A program made the position numbers and the translations under genes. A stretch of 64,000 bases of DNA, taken from assembly GCA_964412585.1 (NCBI GenBank), contig CAYPPJ010000001.1:149334-213333 (forward strand), read 5' to 3'. Below, one piece after another: positions 10,525 through 20,018 of this stretch. This DNA comes from an uncultured Candidatus Saccharibacteria bacterium. GTDB taxonomy: Bacteria; Patescibacteriota; Minisyncoccia; Phycocordibacterales; PALSA-1337. The first letter of the stretch is position 1, and the number at the start of each line of letters is the position of its first letter. Below the pieces are notes generated by a model. The model saw only the letters and a list, made by a program, of their open reading frames with translations, had not been told where the DNA came from and did no database searches.

Positions 10525-10595
10525 TATACTACAGAATAATAAAAAAGGCCCTCCTCATGCACTGGGCAGAATTGGGCCGCGAAAATGTACAGCCG

Positions 10596-11210
10596 CTATG
10601 GCCGACTGTACCGAATTTCGTTTGCGTAAACACTCTGGACGCCATTCGTAACAGCAGCCGTGGCAGTATAGTAGTACACCACCCCCCATTCAAGTCCAGC
10701 AATCGAGCAAGAAGTCGTATTGCCGACGTCAATCGAATCGCTATATGAACGCGATTCAGTGCCCTTAAATATGTAATACTTCACAACTGCCGCATCCGGA
10801 GACGGGGTCCACGCAAGGTTGACCGTGTAGGTCGAGTCACCTGTCGTTGAAAAGGTCATGCTCGACATCGTACTCCATTGACCATTCGAATCCTGCACTC
10901 GAATCGAAAAGTAGTAATTAGTGTTTGGCGCTAGGCCGGTGACGATGGCCGTTTGAGTCATCCCCGGCAAGCCGGGGTCAGTAAGCCACTCAACTCTCGA
11001 CCGATGATTCCAGCTCAATATGTTGAATGGGCTGGTGTCATACCTAATGTCAAGATTGGTTAACGTCGCCACAGAACTAGGTGCCGTCCATGTCAGAATA
11101 ACACCGCCGTTGGTTTGACGGGCCAGCAAATCGGTCACGCGCGCTGGTGCCCCCAACAGTGCCAAAGACAGTAGGCAAAATCCACAGACAAAGAGCGAAA
11201 TTTTTTTCAT
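10596..11210 (-). CDS. secreted fibronectin type III domain protein
   Basis: Signal peptide (MKKISLFVCGFCLLSLALLGA) with FN3-like beta-sandwich motifs. Directly downstream of the 897-aa surface protein gene. Confidence 0.5.
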   Translation of the reverse strand: MKKISLFVCGFCLLSLALLGAPARVTDLLARQTNGGVILTWTAPSSVATLTNLDIRYDTSPFNILSWNHRSRVEWLTDPGLPGMTQTAIVTGLAPNTNYYFSIRVQDSNGQWSTMSSMTFSTTGDSTYTVNLAWTPSPDAAVVKYYIFKGTESRSYSDSIDVGNTTSCSIAGLEWGVVYYYTATAAVTNGVQSVYANEIRYSRP

Positions 11211-11402
11211 TCAGTACACTTTCAAAAAACCGATTTGCTCACAACGTACAACGTGAGTTCGTATTAATACTAGCGCGCTCGGACCAAATATTCAACACAT
11301 GTGATCTAAAAAGACCAGCGAGTGAGAGCTAGTATTTTCATGATAAATAATGTAATAATGACAATGGATTTAGCTTGAAAAACAACGTGTGGAAAGAATC
11401 TT

Positions 11403-12296
11403 ATGAGAAAAATCTGTTTGTCTGCAGGTGCGGCCCTGTGCCTAGCACTCTGCAACTTGTGTACGGACGTGCATGGCGGTGTGCCAACGCGTATTCCCAC
11501 TCGGGATGAACTCCTTGATTGGGCGGCCACTAACACTCCCAGTTCAACAAAAATCGTACTGCAAGAAAGTGCGAATCTGGGAAGTCTCAACACCTGTGGC
11601 ATGTCGAGCAACAATATGTGTTTCAAATCCTTCGCCGACTATCAATCGTTTGTGGCCAGCCAAGGCTTGAGATTGTTCAACTTTCTCGGCTGCATCGGAA
11701 CTGCGCACGAGATACGACTTAAGGTCGTCACCACGTTCAATACCATACATGACGAAGGCGGACTGTTTGGTGTGTCCATGCGATTCATTACCGATGTCAA
11801 TCTCGGTACATGGTCACAAGTCACCCCAAACTCGTTTTATGTCATGCCCACAGTGGTTCAACCGCTTGTGATACCAGTCTCCGGATTGACTGGCGCGACT
11901 ATCAGACACGGCGACAATTCACCCGTCTCTTTGTCGACAACAAGCGATGGCAACCTTGTCTTCAATGACACTCTTTCTTCCTCGAATGGAAGAGTCCGGG
12001 TATCGCTTACTTTTACCAATGGTGAAACAGCGACATACACCCAGAGAGGCCAGCAATTGGTGCCTCCGGAATTGATGTTAATTATCAATCCACCAGACCC
12101 ATATGACCAGCCTTCGCTTACGCTCAACGTGCGAGCGACACTCGGTGCAGACACGATCATTGAGAGCGCGACGAGCCTCGACGGTACTTGGACACCAATC
12201 GGCAGCATTTCTTGGGACGCGGACACGCAAGATTTTTGGCTCTACGTTCCGACCGAGACGAGTACTATGCAGTTATTTCGCGCGCACTCGTATTGA
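11403..12296 (+). CDS. secreted hypothetical protein carrying C-terminal shared 'ESATSL..W...FR' module
   Basis: Signal peptide with a Cys-rich N-terminus. A C-terminal module is shared with four other secreted proteins in this window. Confidence 0.5.
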   Translation: MRKICLSAGAALCLALCNLCTDVHGGVPTRIPTRDELLDWAATNTPSSTKIVLQESANLGSLNTCGMSSNNMCFKSFADYQSFVASQGLRLFNFLGCIGTAHEIRLKVVTTFNTIHDEGGLFGVSMRFITDVNLGTWSQVTPNSFYVMPTVVQPLVIPVSGLTGATIRHGDNSPVSLSTTSDGNLVFNDTLSSSNGRVRVSLTFTNGETATYTQRGQQLVPPELMLIINPPDPYDQPSLTLNVRATLGADTIIESATSLDGTWTPIGSISWDADTQDFWLYVPTETSTMQLFRAHSY

Positions 12297-12389
12297 TAAT
12301 GCGCAAAACGCCGGCCCCATAGCTACACTGGTAGGGGGGCTTTTTTATTATTACAAATGCCTTTACCTATAAATGATCTACTGACTACA

Positions 12390-12465
12390 TGGTGCCAAGG
12401 ACCAGGATCGAACTGGTGACCCTTCCCTCTTCAGGGGAATGCTCTACCAACTGAGCTACCTTGGC
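12390..12465 (-). tRNA. tRNA-Phe (GAA), CCA encoded
   Basis: Hand-folded cloverleaf: acceptor GCCAAGG/CCTTGGC, D arm GCTC-AGTTGGTA-GAGC, anticodon loop CTGAAGA, T loop TTCGATC. 76 nt. Confidence 0.85.
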
Positions 12466-12470
12466 AAACC

Positions 12471-12818
12471 CTAAGGTAAATAACTTTTGAATGTATCTAT
12501 CGTGTTCTGCGCACTGTTGATCTTTTGTTCAACACCATTGATACTTCCTGAAAGCTGACTATACGCATCCATCGTTGCGTTTATATACGGCTGGATAAGA
12601 TAGTAAGCTCCAAAACTCAAACCAATGATCGCAACCCAATAAAGTATGCGCATAACCGTCGAGAACCTGTTGGCTCGGCGCATAGCACGCAATATCTCAT
12701 TGTTCTCCTCAGCGAGCTTGTATGTCCGCTCGAGCAAGGAGCGCTCTTCATCGGTCATAAAAACACTATAACAGAAAATATCATTGTCCGCAAAATATGC
12801 TATAGTTTTCTCGTTCAA
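12471..12818 (-). CDS. hypothetical small membrane protein
   Basis: 115-aa ORF with one predicted TM helix (ILYWVAIIGLSFGAYYLI). No recognisable family. Confidence 0.4.
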   Translation of the reverse strand: MNEKTIAYFADNDIFCYSVFMTDEERSLLERTYKLAEENNEILRAMRRANRFSTVMRILYWVAIIGLSFGAYYLIQPYINATMDAYSQLSGSINGVEQKINSAQNTIDTFKSYLP

Positions 12819-12834
12819 CTATATAGCGAGTCCT

Positions 12835-12909
12835 GCCCCCGTAGTTCAATGGATAGAACAGTTCCGTCCTAAGGAATAGATGTAGGTTCGATTCCTACCG
12901 AGGGCACCA
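12835..12909 (+). tRNA. tRNA-Arg (CCT), CCA encoded
   Basis: Cloverleaf: acceptor GCCCCCG/CGAGGGC with one C-A mismatch, D arm GTTC-AATGGATA-GAAC, anticodon loop GTCCTAA, T arm GTAGG-TTCGATT-CCTAC. Confidence 0.7.
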
Positions 12910-14138
12910 TGAATACTCGAAGAAATGTTTTCCTGTGGGCATTGTATGATTTTGCCAACTCGATCATCTCTATCGTCTTTTTCCTGTACTTCTCACAATG
13001 GCTGGTTGTTGAAAAGGGTTTGTCGGATACCTGGTTCAACCTAACCTTCCCTGTATCATCAGTACTCCTCCTTTTTACGGTGCCCATCACTGGATTTTTG
13101 CTAGACAAATATGCCCGCCGCATTACCGGACTCCGCTACACCAGTATCGCGACCGCCATTCTTTATACTGCATGCGCACTCTCGACGATTTCAAACTACG
13201 AAATCCTAGCATTGGTATTTTTTATCATGGGAACCTATGTGTACCTTCTGACATTCACCTTTTATACACCTCTCATCAACGATATCGCCCCTGTCGAAAA
13301 AAGAGGTCGTATCTCCGGCTGGGGTATTGCTGCCAATTATCTGGGTCAATTTACTGGTCTCTTGTTCGTACTACCTTTTTCGAGCGGAGCGTGGAGTATC
13401 TTCCACGCATCGCCACGCGCAGAGACATTATTACCTGCTGTTATCTTGTTCACGATACTAATGCTCCCCATGCTCCTCTTTTTCAAAGAACCACTCCGTC
13501 CCACACACTCGTACCATATACGCAATGACCTCAAGGAACTATTTGCTAAAAGTAAGGAAGTATTCCTTTATCCTGGCGTTGCATTGTTCATACTTGCGTA
13601 TTTCTTGTTCAACGATGCGATTCTAACTTCTTCAAACAATTTCTCAATATTCCTTCAACAAGTGTGGGGTGTTTCGGACACAATCAAAACCTACATCCTC
13701 ATGGGTATCGTCATCACATCAGCAATTGGCGGACTTGTTTCAGGGCCACTTGCAGATAAGTTTGGGCACAAGAGAACATTAGTCTGGGTTCTGACTGGAT
13801 GGGTCTTTATTCTGCCGCTTGTCGCTTTTCTCACAAACTTTACGGTATTCATTATTGTGACAGTGATCATGGGCCTGTGGTTCGGTGCAAATTGGACGGT
13901 CTCACGATCAGTGATGTCCTATCTAGCTCCTCCACATGCGCACAATCTAACTTTCGCCTACTTTGGTCTTGTTGAACGAGCGTCTTCCTTTGTTGGACCA
14001 ATTGTCTGGAGTATAGTTCTTTTTTCAACTGCGCACGCAGGTAGTGATAAGTATCGATACGCGACACTTGCGGTGAGCCTATTTATTATTATCGGACTTT
14101 TTGTGTTGAGAAAAGTAAAAAGTGATCGAAACAACTAG
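12909..14138 (+). CDS. MFS transporter (UMF1/Atg22-like family)
   Basis: About 12 TM helices. N-terminal WALYDFANS signature. The ATG overlaps the tRNA CCA by 1 nt, so the start is uncertain. Confidence 0.7.
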   Translation: MNTRRNVFLWALYDFANSIISIVFFLYFSQWLVVEKGLSDTWFNLTFPVSSVLLLFTVPITGFLLDKYARRITGLRYTSIATAILYTACALSTISNYEILALVFFIMGTYVYLLTFTFYTPLINDIAPVEKRGRISGWGIAANYLGQFTGLLFVLPFSSGAWSIFHASPRAETLLPAVILFTILMLPMLLFFKEPLRPTHSYHIRNDLKELFAKSKEVFLYPGVALFILAYFLFNDAILTSSNNFSIFLQQVWGVSDTIKTYILMGIVITSAIGGLVSGPLADKFGHKRTLVWVLTGWVFILPLVAFLTNFTVFIIVTVIMGLWFGANWTVSRSVMSYLAPPHAHNLTFAYFGLVERASSFVGPIVWSIVLFSTAHAGSDKYRYATLAVSLFIIIGLFVLRKVKSDRNN

Positions 14139-14140
14139 TA

Positions 14141-15118
14141 TTATTCCTCCTCACTATCACCCACCTTCCCTGTCTTTTCAAACTCTTTGAGCGCGTCAGT
14201 GATAGGGTCAAATTTACCCGCGAGAATAGCTGGCAGATTGTGCCATGACTCTTTGATACGATGATCCGTCACACGATCCTGAGGGAAATTGTATGTACGA
14301 ATCTTTTCTGAACGGCTTCCTGTACCAATCTGACCTTTGCGATCTGCGGCAAATTTTTGCGCAGCTTTTTCTTCTTCGAGAGCCTCAAGCTTGGCAGTAA
14401 GTATCTGCATTGCCAATTCTTTGTTCGCACCCTGAGATCGTTCAGCCGTCGAACGCACATCGATACCTGTCGGTTTATGAATGAGACGAACCGCAGATTC
14501 AACTTTATTGACGTTTTGACCCCCTTTGCCGCCAGCACGCGAAAACTCCATCTCAAGATCCGCAGGATTGATCACAAACTTGGACTTCTTGCGAATAGGC
14601 ATGATAGCCACGGTCACGGTTGATGTATGGACACGCCCCATCTTTTCAGTTTCTGGCACACGCTGGACACGATGAACGCCAGTCTCCCAACGCAGTGTTT
14701 CAAAAGCATCTTTTCCACGGAATTCGAGCGATGCTTCTTTGTAACCACCCAAATCATTTTTTGATTCATCAATAATCTTCATCGTCCACCCCTTGCTCTC
14801 GCCATAGCGCTTGTACATGTCCATGAGCTCTGCGGCAAAGAGCGCTGCCTCATCACCACCGGCTCCTGCGCGAATTTCGAGAATCATTTCCTTTGGTTTC
14901 TCTTCTTCGACAACATCGGCAGCAATAATAGCCGCCATCTCTGTTTCCAGCGACTTCTTTTGTTCCACAATGGATGCGAGTTCATGCTCGGCCATGTCCT
15001 TCATGGAAGGGTCAGCTTCGATCATGCCACGAACCTCTGCTTCGTCCTTCATGAGCTTTTCATACAACCCAGCCATAAATGCGGTCTTAGGATTTGATTT
15101 GTAGGTATCAAGATTCAT
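14141..15118 (-). CDS. prfA: peptide chain release factor 1
   Basis: [10 protein letters not shown]...RVHTS (PxT-type recognition region) and a GGQ motif ([20 protein letters not shown]). Confidence 0.9.
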   Translation of the reverse strand: MNLDTYKSNPKTAFMAGLYEKLMKDEAEVRGMIEADPSMKDMAEHELASIVEQKKSLETEMAAIIAADVVEEEKPKEMILEIRAGAGGDEAALFAAELMDMYKRYGESKGWTMKIIDESKNDLGGYKEASLEFRGKDAFETLRWETGVHRVQRVPETEKMGRVHTSTVTVAIMPIRKKSKFVINPADLEMEFSRAGGKGGQNVNKVESAVRLIHKPTGIDVRSTAERSQGANKELAMQILTAKLEALEEEKAAQKFAADRKGQIGTGSRSEKIRTYNFPQDRVTDHRIKESWHNLPAILAGKFDPITDALKEFEKTGKVGDSEEE

Positions 15119-15212
15119 AGAAATGAATAAAAGGGATTAGGAATTGTGAATTAAGAATAACACAAAAGGAACAGCCTTGGGTGCGGCTATTCTAATCTCT
15201 AATTACTAATCT

Positions 15213-15476
15213 CTAATCTCTATTTTTTGTAGCTTTTGCCTGGCGGTTCTTGAACTTTTCGACGCGGCCCGCAGTGTCGATGGTCTTTTCCTGATTTGTG
15301 TAGAAAGGATGAGAAGCACTTGAGATTTCGACATAGTGCACCGGATATTCCTTGCCATCAGTCCACTTGGCGTTTTCCTTGGTAGCAATAGTTGAGGCAA
15401 TCAAAAACTTCGCGCCGCTTGAGTTGTCGGCGAAAATAACAGGGCGATAGTTGGCTGGGTGAATGTCTTTTTTCAT
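15213..15476 (-). CDS. rpmE: 50S ribosomal protein L31 type B
   Basis: [15 protein letters not shown]...HPFYT. The start was moved to the internal ATG at 15476, because the ORF-track extension to 15566 has no homology. Confidence 0.85.
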   Translation of the reverse strand: MKKDIHPANYRPVIFADNSSGAKFLIASTIATKENAKWTDGKEYPVHYVEISSASHPFYTNQEKTIDTAGRVEKFKNRQAKATKNRD

Positions 15477-15502
15477 GGGTGATAATGTAACACGTTCAGG
15501 AC

Positions 15503-16711
15503 ATGAGCGCAAGCGCGGCCGACCCATGCTATAATAACGCCGACATGAATAGCGTTCCTCGTTCACACACCATCTACACTATTGCCGTCATCGGTTTCAT
15601 CTATACCCTGCACATGGTATTGCCGATGTACTCGAACTCTAGTTTTCTTTCATTATTCGCAGACGAACAGACGGTCGGCTTCATCTACATGGCAAGTGCC
15701 GCAGTCTCGATTTTTTTCTTTCTCTTTGCCTCCTCTATTATCCGCCGCTTTGGTAATTACGCTACCTCCATCACTCTCGTCTGCATTCAGATTGTCCTTT
15801 TCTATGGACTAGTTACCGCACAATCAACAACCACAATTGCCATTTTATTCATCTTGCAATCAGCGGTTGTATCACTCATCAGCCTTACTCTTGATATTTT
15901 TCTCGAAAAATACACTGACGGAGGCCATGCGGGCACCATTCGCGGTCTCTATACGACAACACTCAACGCATCCTGGCTCATTGGTCCCATGATCGGCAGT
16001 ATGCTCATCAATGGCATGGATAATTACCGTAATACCTACATCGCAGCACTTGCGATGCTCTTTCCTTTGCTCTATCTGATTCACAAGAACTTTCCTCGTT
16101 TCAAGGATCCAAACTACATCCACCTGTCACCATGGCAGCTCATCAAACATATTTCATCAAACAAAAACTGGAGTTGTCTCTTTTTTGCCAATATCATCCT
16201 CCAAACATTCTACGCGTGGATGGTCATCTATAGCCCGATCTACCTCAACACCGTTATCGGCTTCGGCTGGAGTGATATCGCCATTATCCTGACCATCATG
16301 CTCATTCCTTTTGTGATAGTGCAGTATCCTCTCGGCAAGCTCGCCGACCGAAAATATGGAGAAAAGGAAATCATGATTATTGGCTTTGTTATCATGGCTA
16401 TTGCAACGATGGTTCTACCGTTTATTACTTCAACAAATGTAGCCATCTGGGGTATCGCTCTCTTCATGACACGCGTCGGTGCAGCAGCGGCAGAAATAAT
16501 GATGGAAACGTATTTTTTCAAAACTGTCTCTTCACGCGATACGGCCGTGCTCGGCTTATTCCGCATTACTCGACCGCTCTCAAACTTCATAGCACCTCTC
16601 GTCACTGGTTTTGGGCTGATCTTCATGTCACACAATTATCTGTTCATCCTGATTGGCATAATCTCACTTGTTGGCATTATTCCGGCGATGATGATAAAGG
16701 ATACAAAATAG
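15503..16711 (+). CDS. MFS transporter
   Basis: 402-aa ORF with 12 predicted TM helices. The start may be the ATG at 15545. Divergent from rpmE. Confidence 0.7.
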   Translation: MSASAADPCYNNADMNSVPRSHTIYTIAVIGFIYTLHMVLPMYSNSSFLSLFADEQTVGFIYMASAAVSIFFFLFASSIIRRFGNYATSITLVCIQIVLFYGLVTAQSTTTIAILFILQSAVVSLISLTLDIFLEKYTDGGHAGTIRGLYTTTLNASWLIGPMIGSMLINGMDNYRNTYIAALAMLFPLLYLIHKNFPRFKDPNYIHLSPWQLIKHISSNKNWSCLFFANIILQTFYAWMVIYSPIYLNTVIGFGWSDIAIILTIMLIPFVIVQYPLGKLADRKYGEKEIMIIGFVIMAIATMVLPFITSTNVAIWGIALFMTRVGAAAAEIMMETYFFKTVSSRDTAVLGLFRITRPLSNFIAPLVTGFGLIFMSHNYLFILIGIISLVGIIPAMMIKDTK

Positions 16712-16718
16712 TCAAAAA

Positions 16719-16743
16719 GAGCCCTGAATAGAGGGCTTTTTTG
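16719..16743 (+). terminator. rho-independent terminator
   Basis: AGCCCT-gaatag-AGGGCT followed by TTTTTT. Confidence 0.6.
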
Positions 16744-16756
16744 TGGGAACCAATAT

Positions 16757-16785
16757 TTGACAACTAGTCTTATTTATGCTAAAAT
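16757..16785 (+). promoter_or_regulatory. consensus sigma70 promoter TTGACA-N17-TAAAAT
   Basis: Near-perfect hexamers 59 nt upstream of the 16844 ATG. Confidence 0.5.
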
Positions 16786-16843
16786 AGTTTCGAACCTTTA
16801 ACTTCCCCAAAACGGGGATATTCAGATACGGAAAGACAGAACT

Positions 16844-18019
16844 ATGAAAATGAAATCAATCGTTGTAGCAATCCTGGCGTTGTCGCTTTTCAGCGCAGTC
16901 GCCCAAACACCCGTCAACATTACGCTAGCCAAAAAGGCGGCGTATATTGTCAGCTTCCCAGCGGAGGCTGGGGTCGAATACACCATCCAGTCCTCGACGA
17001 ACATGTCGGATTGGATGAACGTCACCTCAATGCAAACGACAGGAGGCACAGTCTCCTACACGGATGTCGTTGACGATCATGGGCAAGGGTTTTACCGCGT
17101 GATAGCTTCGGCGACTACCGGTAGTATCCTTGTGAAACTGGATACGGCGCTTTCGCCGCCAGCTCAGATCGTGCACATATCAACCACCTCAGAAACGGAC
17201 CTGGTTCCCCTGGCGGTGTTTGATGTAAAGTCAGTTGGGAAAAATGGCACGTTAAGCACGATGAATATACAAGTCGCAACCACCGGCACGAATGTGATCA
17301 ACATGTTTACCGACATCAAGATCAAGGCCGGCGGGTCAACATATTCCGCAGACCTAATCGTCGGGAGTATTGCCCACTTTGCGAATTTGGTAATCCCCCT
17401 GCCACAAGATCAATTCCTTCCGATCACTGTGTACGGTCGAGTGGCACGAAATGTCGGCAACATGCTCGAAGGTGCGACTGCACAGGTCTCACTCGTGGCA
17501 TCCGCTGACCTCCACAATCCATATGTCATGGATGCGCAATTCAATACTATGCCGGTCAATAATTCAGTCAGTGTCGGCGCAGTAATGACCTTTGCGTCTC
17601 AAGCTGCTATTACTAGCAACTTGACGACCTCGAGCATTCCGCTCGTGAACGTGTCCAACGTGCTGTCGTACGCCGTAGGCTTCGGATATACACTGACCGC
17701 AGCAGACTCAACTCTGTACGTCAGCAAAAATCCGACTGATGCTGCAACATTCTCAGTTGGAGTCGCATCGGTGCTCGGCGGATGGTCAGGCATGGTGACG
17801 ACACCAAACGTACTTGCTGGTGACACGGTGGATTATTTCGTAGTCCCAGCTGGAAGCAGCCGATCGTTCGTGATCGCTGCCAACCTGAGTCACGTTGGCA
17901 ACGGCATAGGTTCGGCGCAAATCAACGCGCTTAACTTCGGCCTGTCATCAGGAAATCTCACTGGGTACTCCGTCACCTACGGGCTCAGCACCCTCAATGT
18001 GACCCAGGTGTTTCCGTAA
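16844..18019 (+). CDS. secreted hypothetical protein (N-terminal shared 'SSTNMSDW...FYRV' module)
   Basis: Signal peptide (MKMKSIVVAILALSLFSAVAQT). The shared module sits right after the signal peptide. Confidence 0.55.
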   Translation: MKMKSIVVAILALSLFSAVAQTPVNITLAKKAAYIVSFPAEAGVEYTIQSSTNMSDWMNVTSMQTTGGTVSYTDVVDDHGQGFYRVIASATTGSILVKLDTALSPPAQIVHISTTSETDLVPLAVFDVKSVGKNGTLSTMNIQVATTGTNVINMFTDIKIKAGGSTYSADLIVGSIAHFANLVIPLPQDQFLPITVYGRVARNVGNMLEGATAQVSLVASADLHNPYVMDAQFNTMPVNNSVSVGAVMTFASQAAITSNLTTSSIPLVNVSNVLSYAVGFGYTLTAADSTLYVSKNPTDAATFSVGVASVLGGWSGMVTTPNVLAGDTVDYFVVPAGSSRSFVIAANLSHVGNGIGSAQINALNFGLSSGNLTGYSVTYGLSTLNVTQVFP

Positions 18020-18039
18020 CAGCTCCTTCTGTTTCAACC

Positions 18040-18078
18040 AAACCCCGTGCAGTTCGCTGCCGGGGTTTGACTTTTTAT
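18040..18078 (+). terminator. rho-independent terminator (UUCG tetraloop)
   Basis: AAACCCCGtGCAG-ttcg-CTGCCGGGGTTT followed by gaCTTTTTat. Confidence 0.55.
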
Positions 18079-18530
18079 AGCTCGACTCTTTTGACGTATG
18101 TTGTCAGGTATTTATGAACATGCCCTTGAAGTTTCTGGATAGCATTATCAAGTGAGACGAATTCCGATGGAGTCATGAGTGTGTAGCCCAGCCCTTCATT
18201 ACCGAACACAATATCTTTTTCAGTCAGTGGCAGATGTCTTGTCGCAAAGAAATAACCAAAATCATTTGGCTTGGAAATACTCTCGTATTGATGAGCGTAT
18301 ACAATGTCGGCCTTTTCAATATGAATACCAATCTCCTCAAACACCTCCCTCTTGAATGTTTCAAATGGAGATTCCCCTTCCTCTCTCATGCCACCTGGCA
18401 GGTCCATCATCAGAGGAAACAGTTTTGCTTTGTCGTCTCTCTGATTCACTACCATTTTGTCGCCAATAAAAACTATACCCTTTGATCCGACAAACTGTAT
18501 ATCGTTACGAAAAATATGTTGATCAATCAT
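18075..18530 (-). CDS. NUDIX hydrolase
   Basis: Nudix box GGMREEGESPFETFKREVFEEIGI. Confidence 0.8.
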   Translation of the reverse strand: MIDQHIFRNDIQFVGSKGIVFIGDKMVVNQRDDKAKLFPLMMDLPGGMREEGESPFETFKREVFEEIGIHIEKADIVYAHQYESISKPNDFGYFFATRHLPLTEKDIVFGNEGLGYTLMTPSEFVSLDNAIQKLQGHVHKYLTTYVKRVEL

Positions 18531-18535
18531 AGTGT

Positions 18536-19324
18536 TTATTTTTTTGCTTCAACACACAAAAACATCGGAATCTCTTTCCTCATCCTATCTTCTTCCTCGG
18601 CACGCGGCCCAGGCTGACTTTTTTTGTGGGAAATCCATTCTTCAAGACGCACGACCGAGAGCCCTGCTTTAGTGAGTGCCTTAAAATACGACTGCAACGG
18701 GCGATGAAATGAAACTGTGAATTTTTTCTTCTTGGCATCTTTTTCTCCGGGAGTCATATCTATCTTGGTACGGTTATCTGACATATATGAATCGAGGCGA
18801 CGGGATTGGACCGATTTGTTTTCATCCCAGACCCACTCAGACCCGCCCGGAATACGAAATGCAGGGTGATTGATGACAAATATGAGGCGGCCGCCGGACT
18901 TGAGAGCACGAGATGCCTCGGCAATGGCTCCAGCGAGATTTTCTATATTTTGAAGTGCCAAGGTGATGGTTGCCACATCTACTGATCCATTTTCGATAAA
19001 TGAAAGGTTATCGGCCGGCGCAACATAATATTCAACATCTCCACCCGCCACTTTTTGTACTTGAGCTTTCTCGATGAGTTCAATGGAAATATCACAGCCT
19101 ATCACTTTTGCTCCGGCCGCTGCATACGCGCGAGAAAAATAACCCTGGCCGCAGGCTATATCAAGAATGGTCATTCCCTTCTTTGGTTCGATGAGACGAA
19201 GAATATTCGGCATGATCACATTCTTTTGATACGAATCAGCACTCTGTTCGAGGAGATTGTCGTACCATTCGGCCACACTGCCCCATGAGGTTGAAGTAGG
19301 TTTCATGCGGATAAAATAGCACAT
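18536..19324 (-). CDS. class I SAM-dependent methyltransferase (type 11)
   Basis: Motif I ILDIACGQGYFS and a post-I acidic residue (GCDIS). Confidence 0.8.
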   Translation of the reverse strand: MCYFIRMKPTSTSWGSVAEWYDNLLEQSADSYQKNVIMPNILRLIEPKKGMTILDIACGQGYFSRAYAAAGAKVIGCDISIELIEKAQVQKVAGGDVEYYVAPADNLSFIENGSVDVATITLALQNIENLAGAIAEASRALKSGGRLIFVINHPAFRIPGGSEWVWDENKSVQSRRLDSYMSDNRTKIDMTPGEKDAKKKKFTVSFHRPLQSYFKALTKAGLSVVRLEEWISHKKSQPGPRAEEEDRMRKEIPMFLCVEAKK

Positions 19325-19363
19325 ATTGCCTCGGATTCATACCTATGTTACAATCTTCTACCT

Positions 19364-19612
19364 ATGATAAATGCAGAAGTAACCCGCAATCCGAACGAAA
19401 ACGCCCTGGGCGTTATTCGACGTTTTACTAGAAAGGTCCAAGGATCAGGCATCATCCAGCGCAAGCGCAGCATCCGTTTTGCCACTCGCGTCCAATCTTC
19501 ATACAAAGTCAAGCAGCGTGCCCTCAAGCTCATGAAGCGCCGCAGCGATCTCGCAGAGCTCGTGAAGCTCGGCAAGGCTCCAGTCAAGCCAGAGCGTGGT
19601 GCCAAGAAATAA
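19364..19612 (+). CDS. rpsU: 30S ribosomal protein S21
   Basis: 82 aa, basic. GVIRRFTRKV...RKRSIRFATR pattern typical of S21. Confidence 0.8.
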   Translation: MINAEVTRNPNENALGVIRRFTRKVQGSGIIQRKRSIRFATRVQSSYKVKQRALKLMKRRSDLAELVKLGKAPVKPERGAKK

Positions 19613-19616
19613 AGCG

Positions 19617-20009
19617 GTGAAGAAAGGTTCTGCAACATTCTCTCTCATCAACGAAACCGACAGTCACATTCCGGCTGTCGATTTTGTTGCCATCAAAGAT
19701 GCCGCGCTGGGCACATCATATACGCTTAACCTTATTTTCACTGATTCAGCAAAAATAAAAAAACTCAACACTATATATAGAGATAAAGAATGTGCCACTG
19801 ATATTTTGAGTTTCCCTCTTTCAGACACTGAAGGTGAGATCTATATTTCCGAAAAAGAAGCACGAAAGGAGGCGCAAAAATTTGATCGCGAATACGATAA
19901 TTTTATCGCATTTCTATTCATCCATGGTTGTACCCATTTGAAAGGACATGACCATGGGGATATAATGGAGGGCATAGAACTCACACTTCGCACGAAGTTC
20001 GGAGTCTAG
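19617..20009 (+). CDS. ybeY: endoribonuclease YbeY (rRNA maturation)
   Basis: HGCTHLKGHDHGD metal-binding motif. The N-terminal homology starts near the GTG at 19617. The ORF-track start at 19596 overlaps rpsU. Confidence 0.8.
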   Translation: MKKGSATFSLINETDSHIPAVDFVAIKDAALGTSYTLNLIFTDSAKIKKLNTIYRDKECATDILSFPLSDTEGEIYISEKEARKEAQKFDREYDNFIAFLFIHGCTHLKGHDHGDIMEGIELTLRTKFGV

Positions 20010-20018
20010 CTTCTCTTC

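Noticed and set aside
15186-15226. Possible CRISPR array
   Set aside because: Only about 3 copies of a 9-10-nt unit with no spacers of CRISPR size. No cas genes in the window. No other array-like periodicity found.
19348-19638. 96-aa minus-strand ORF overlapping rpsU
   Set aside because: Antisense to a well-supported S21 gene. Arg/Leu-rich shadow ORF.
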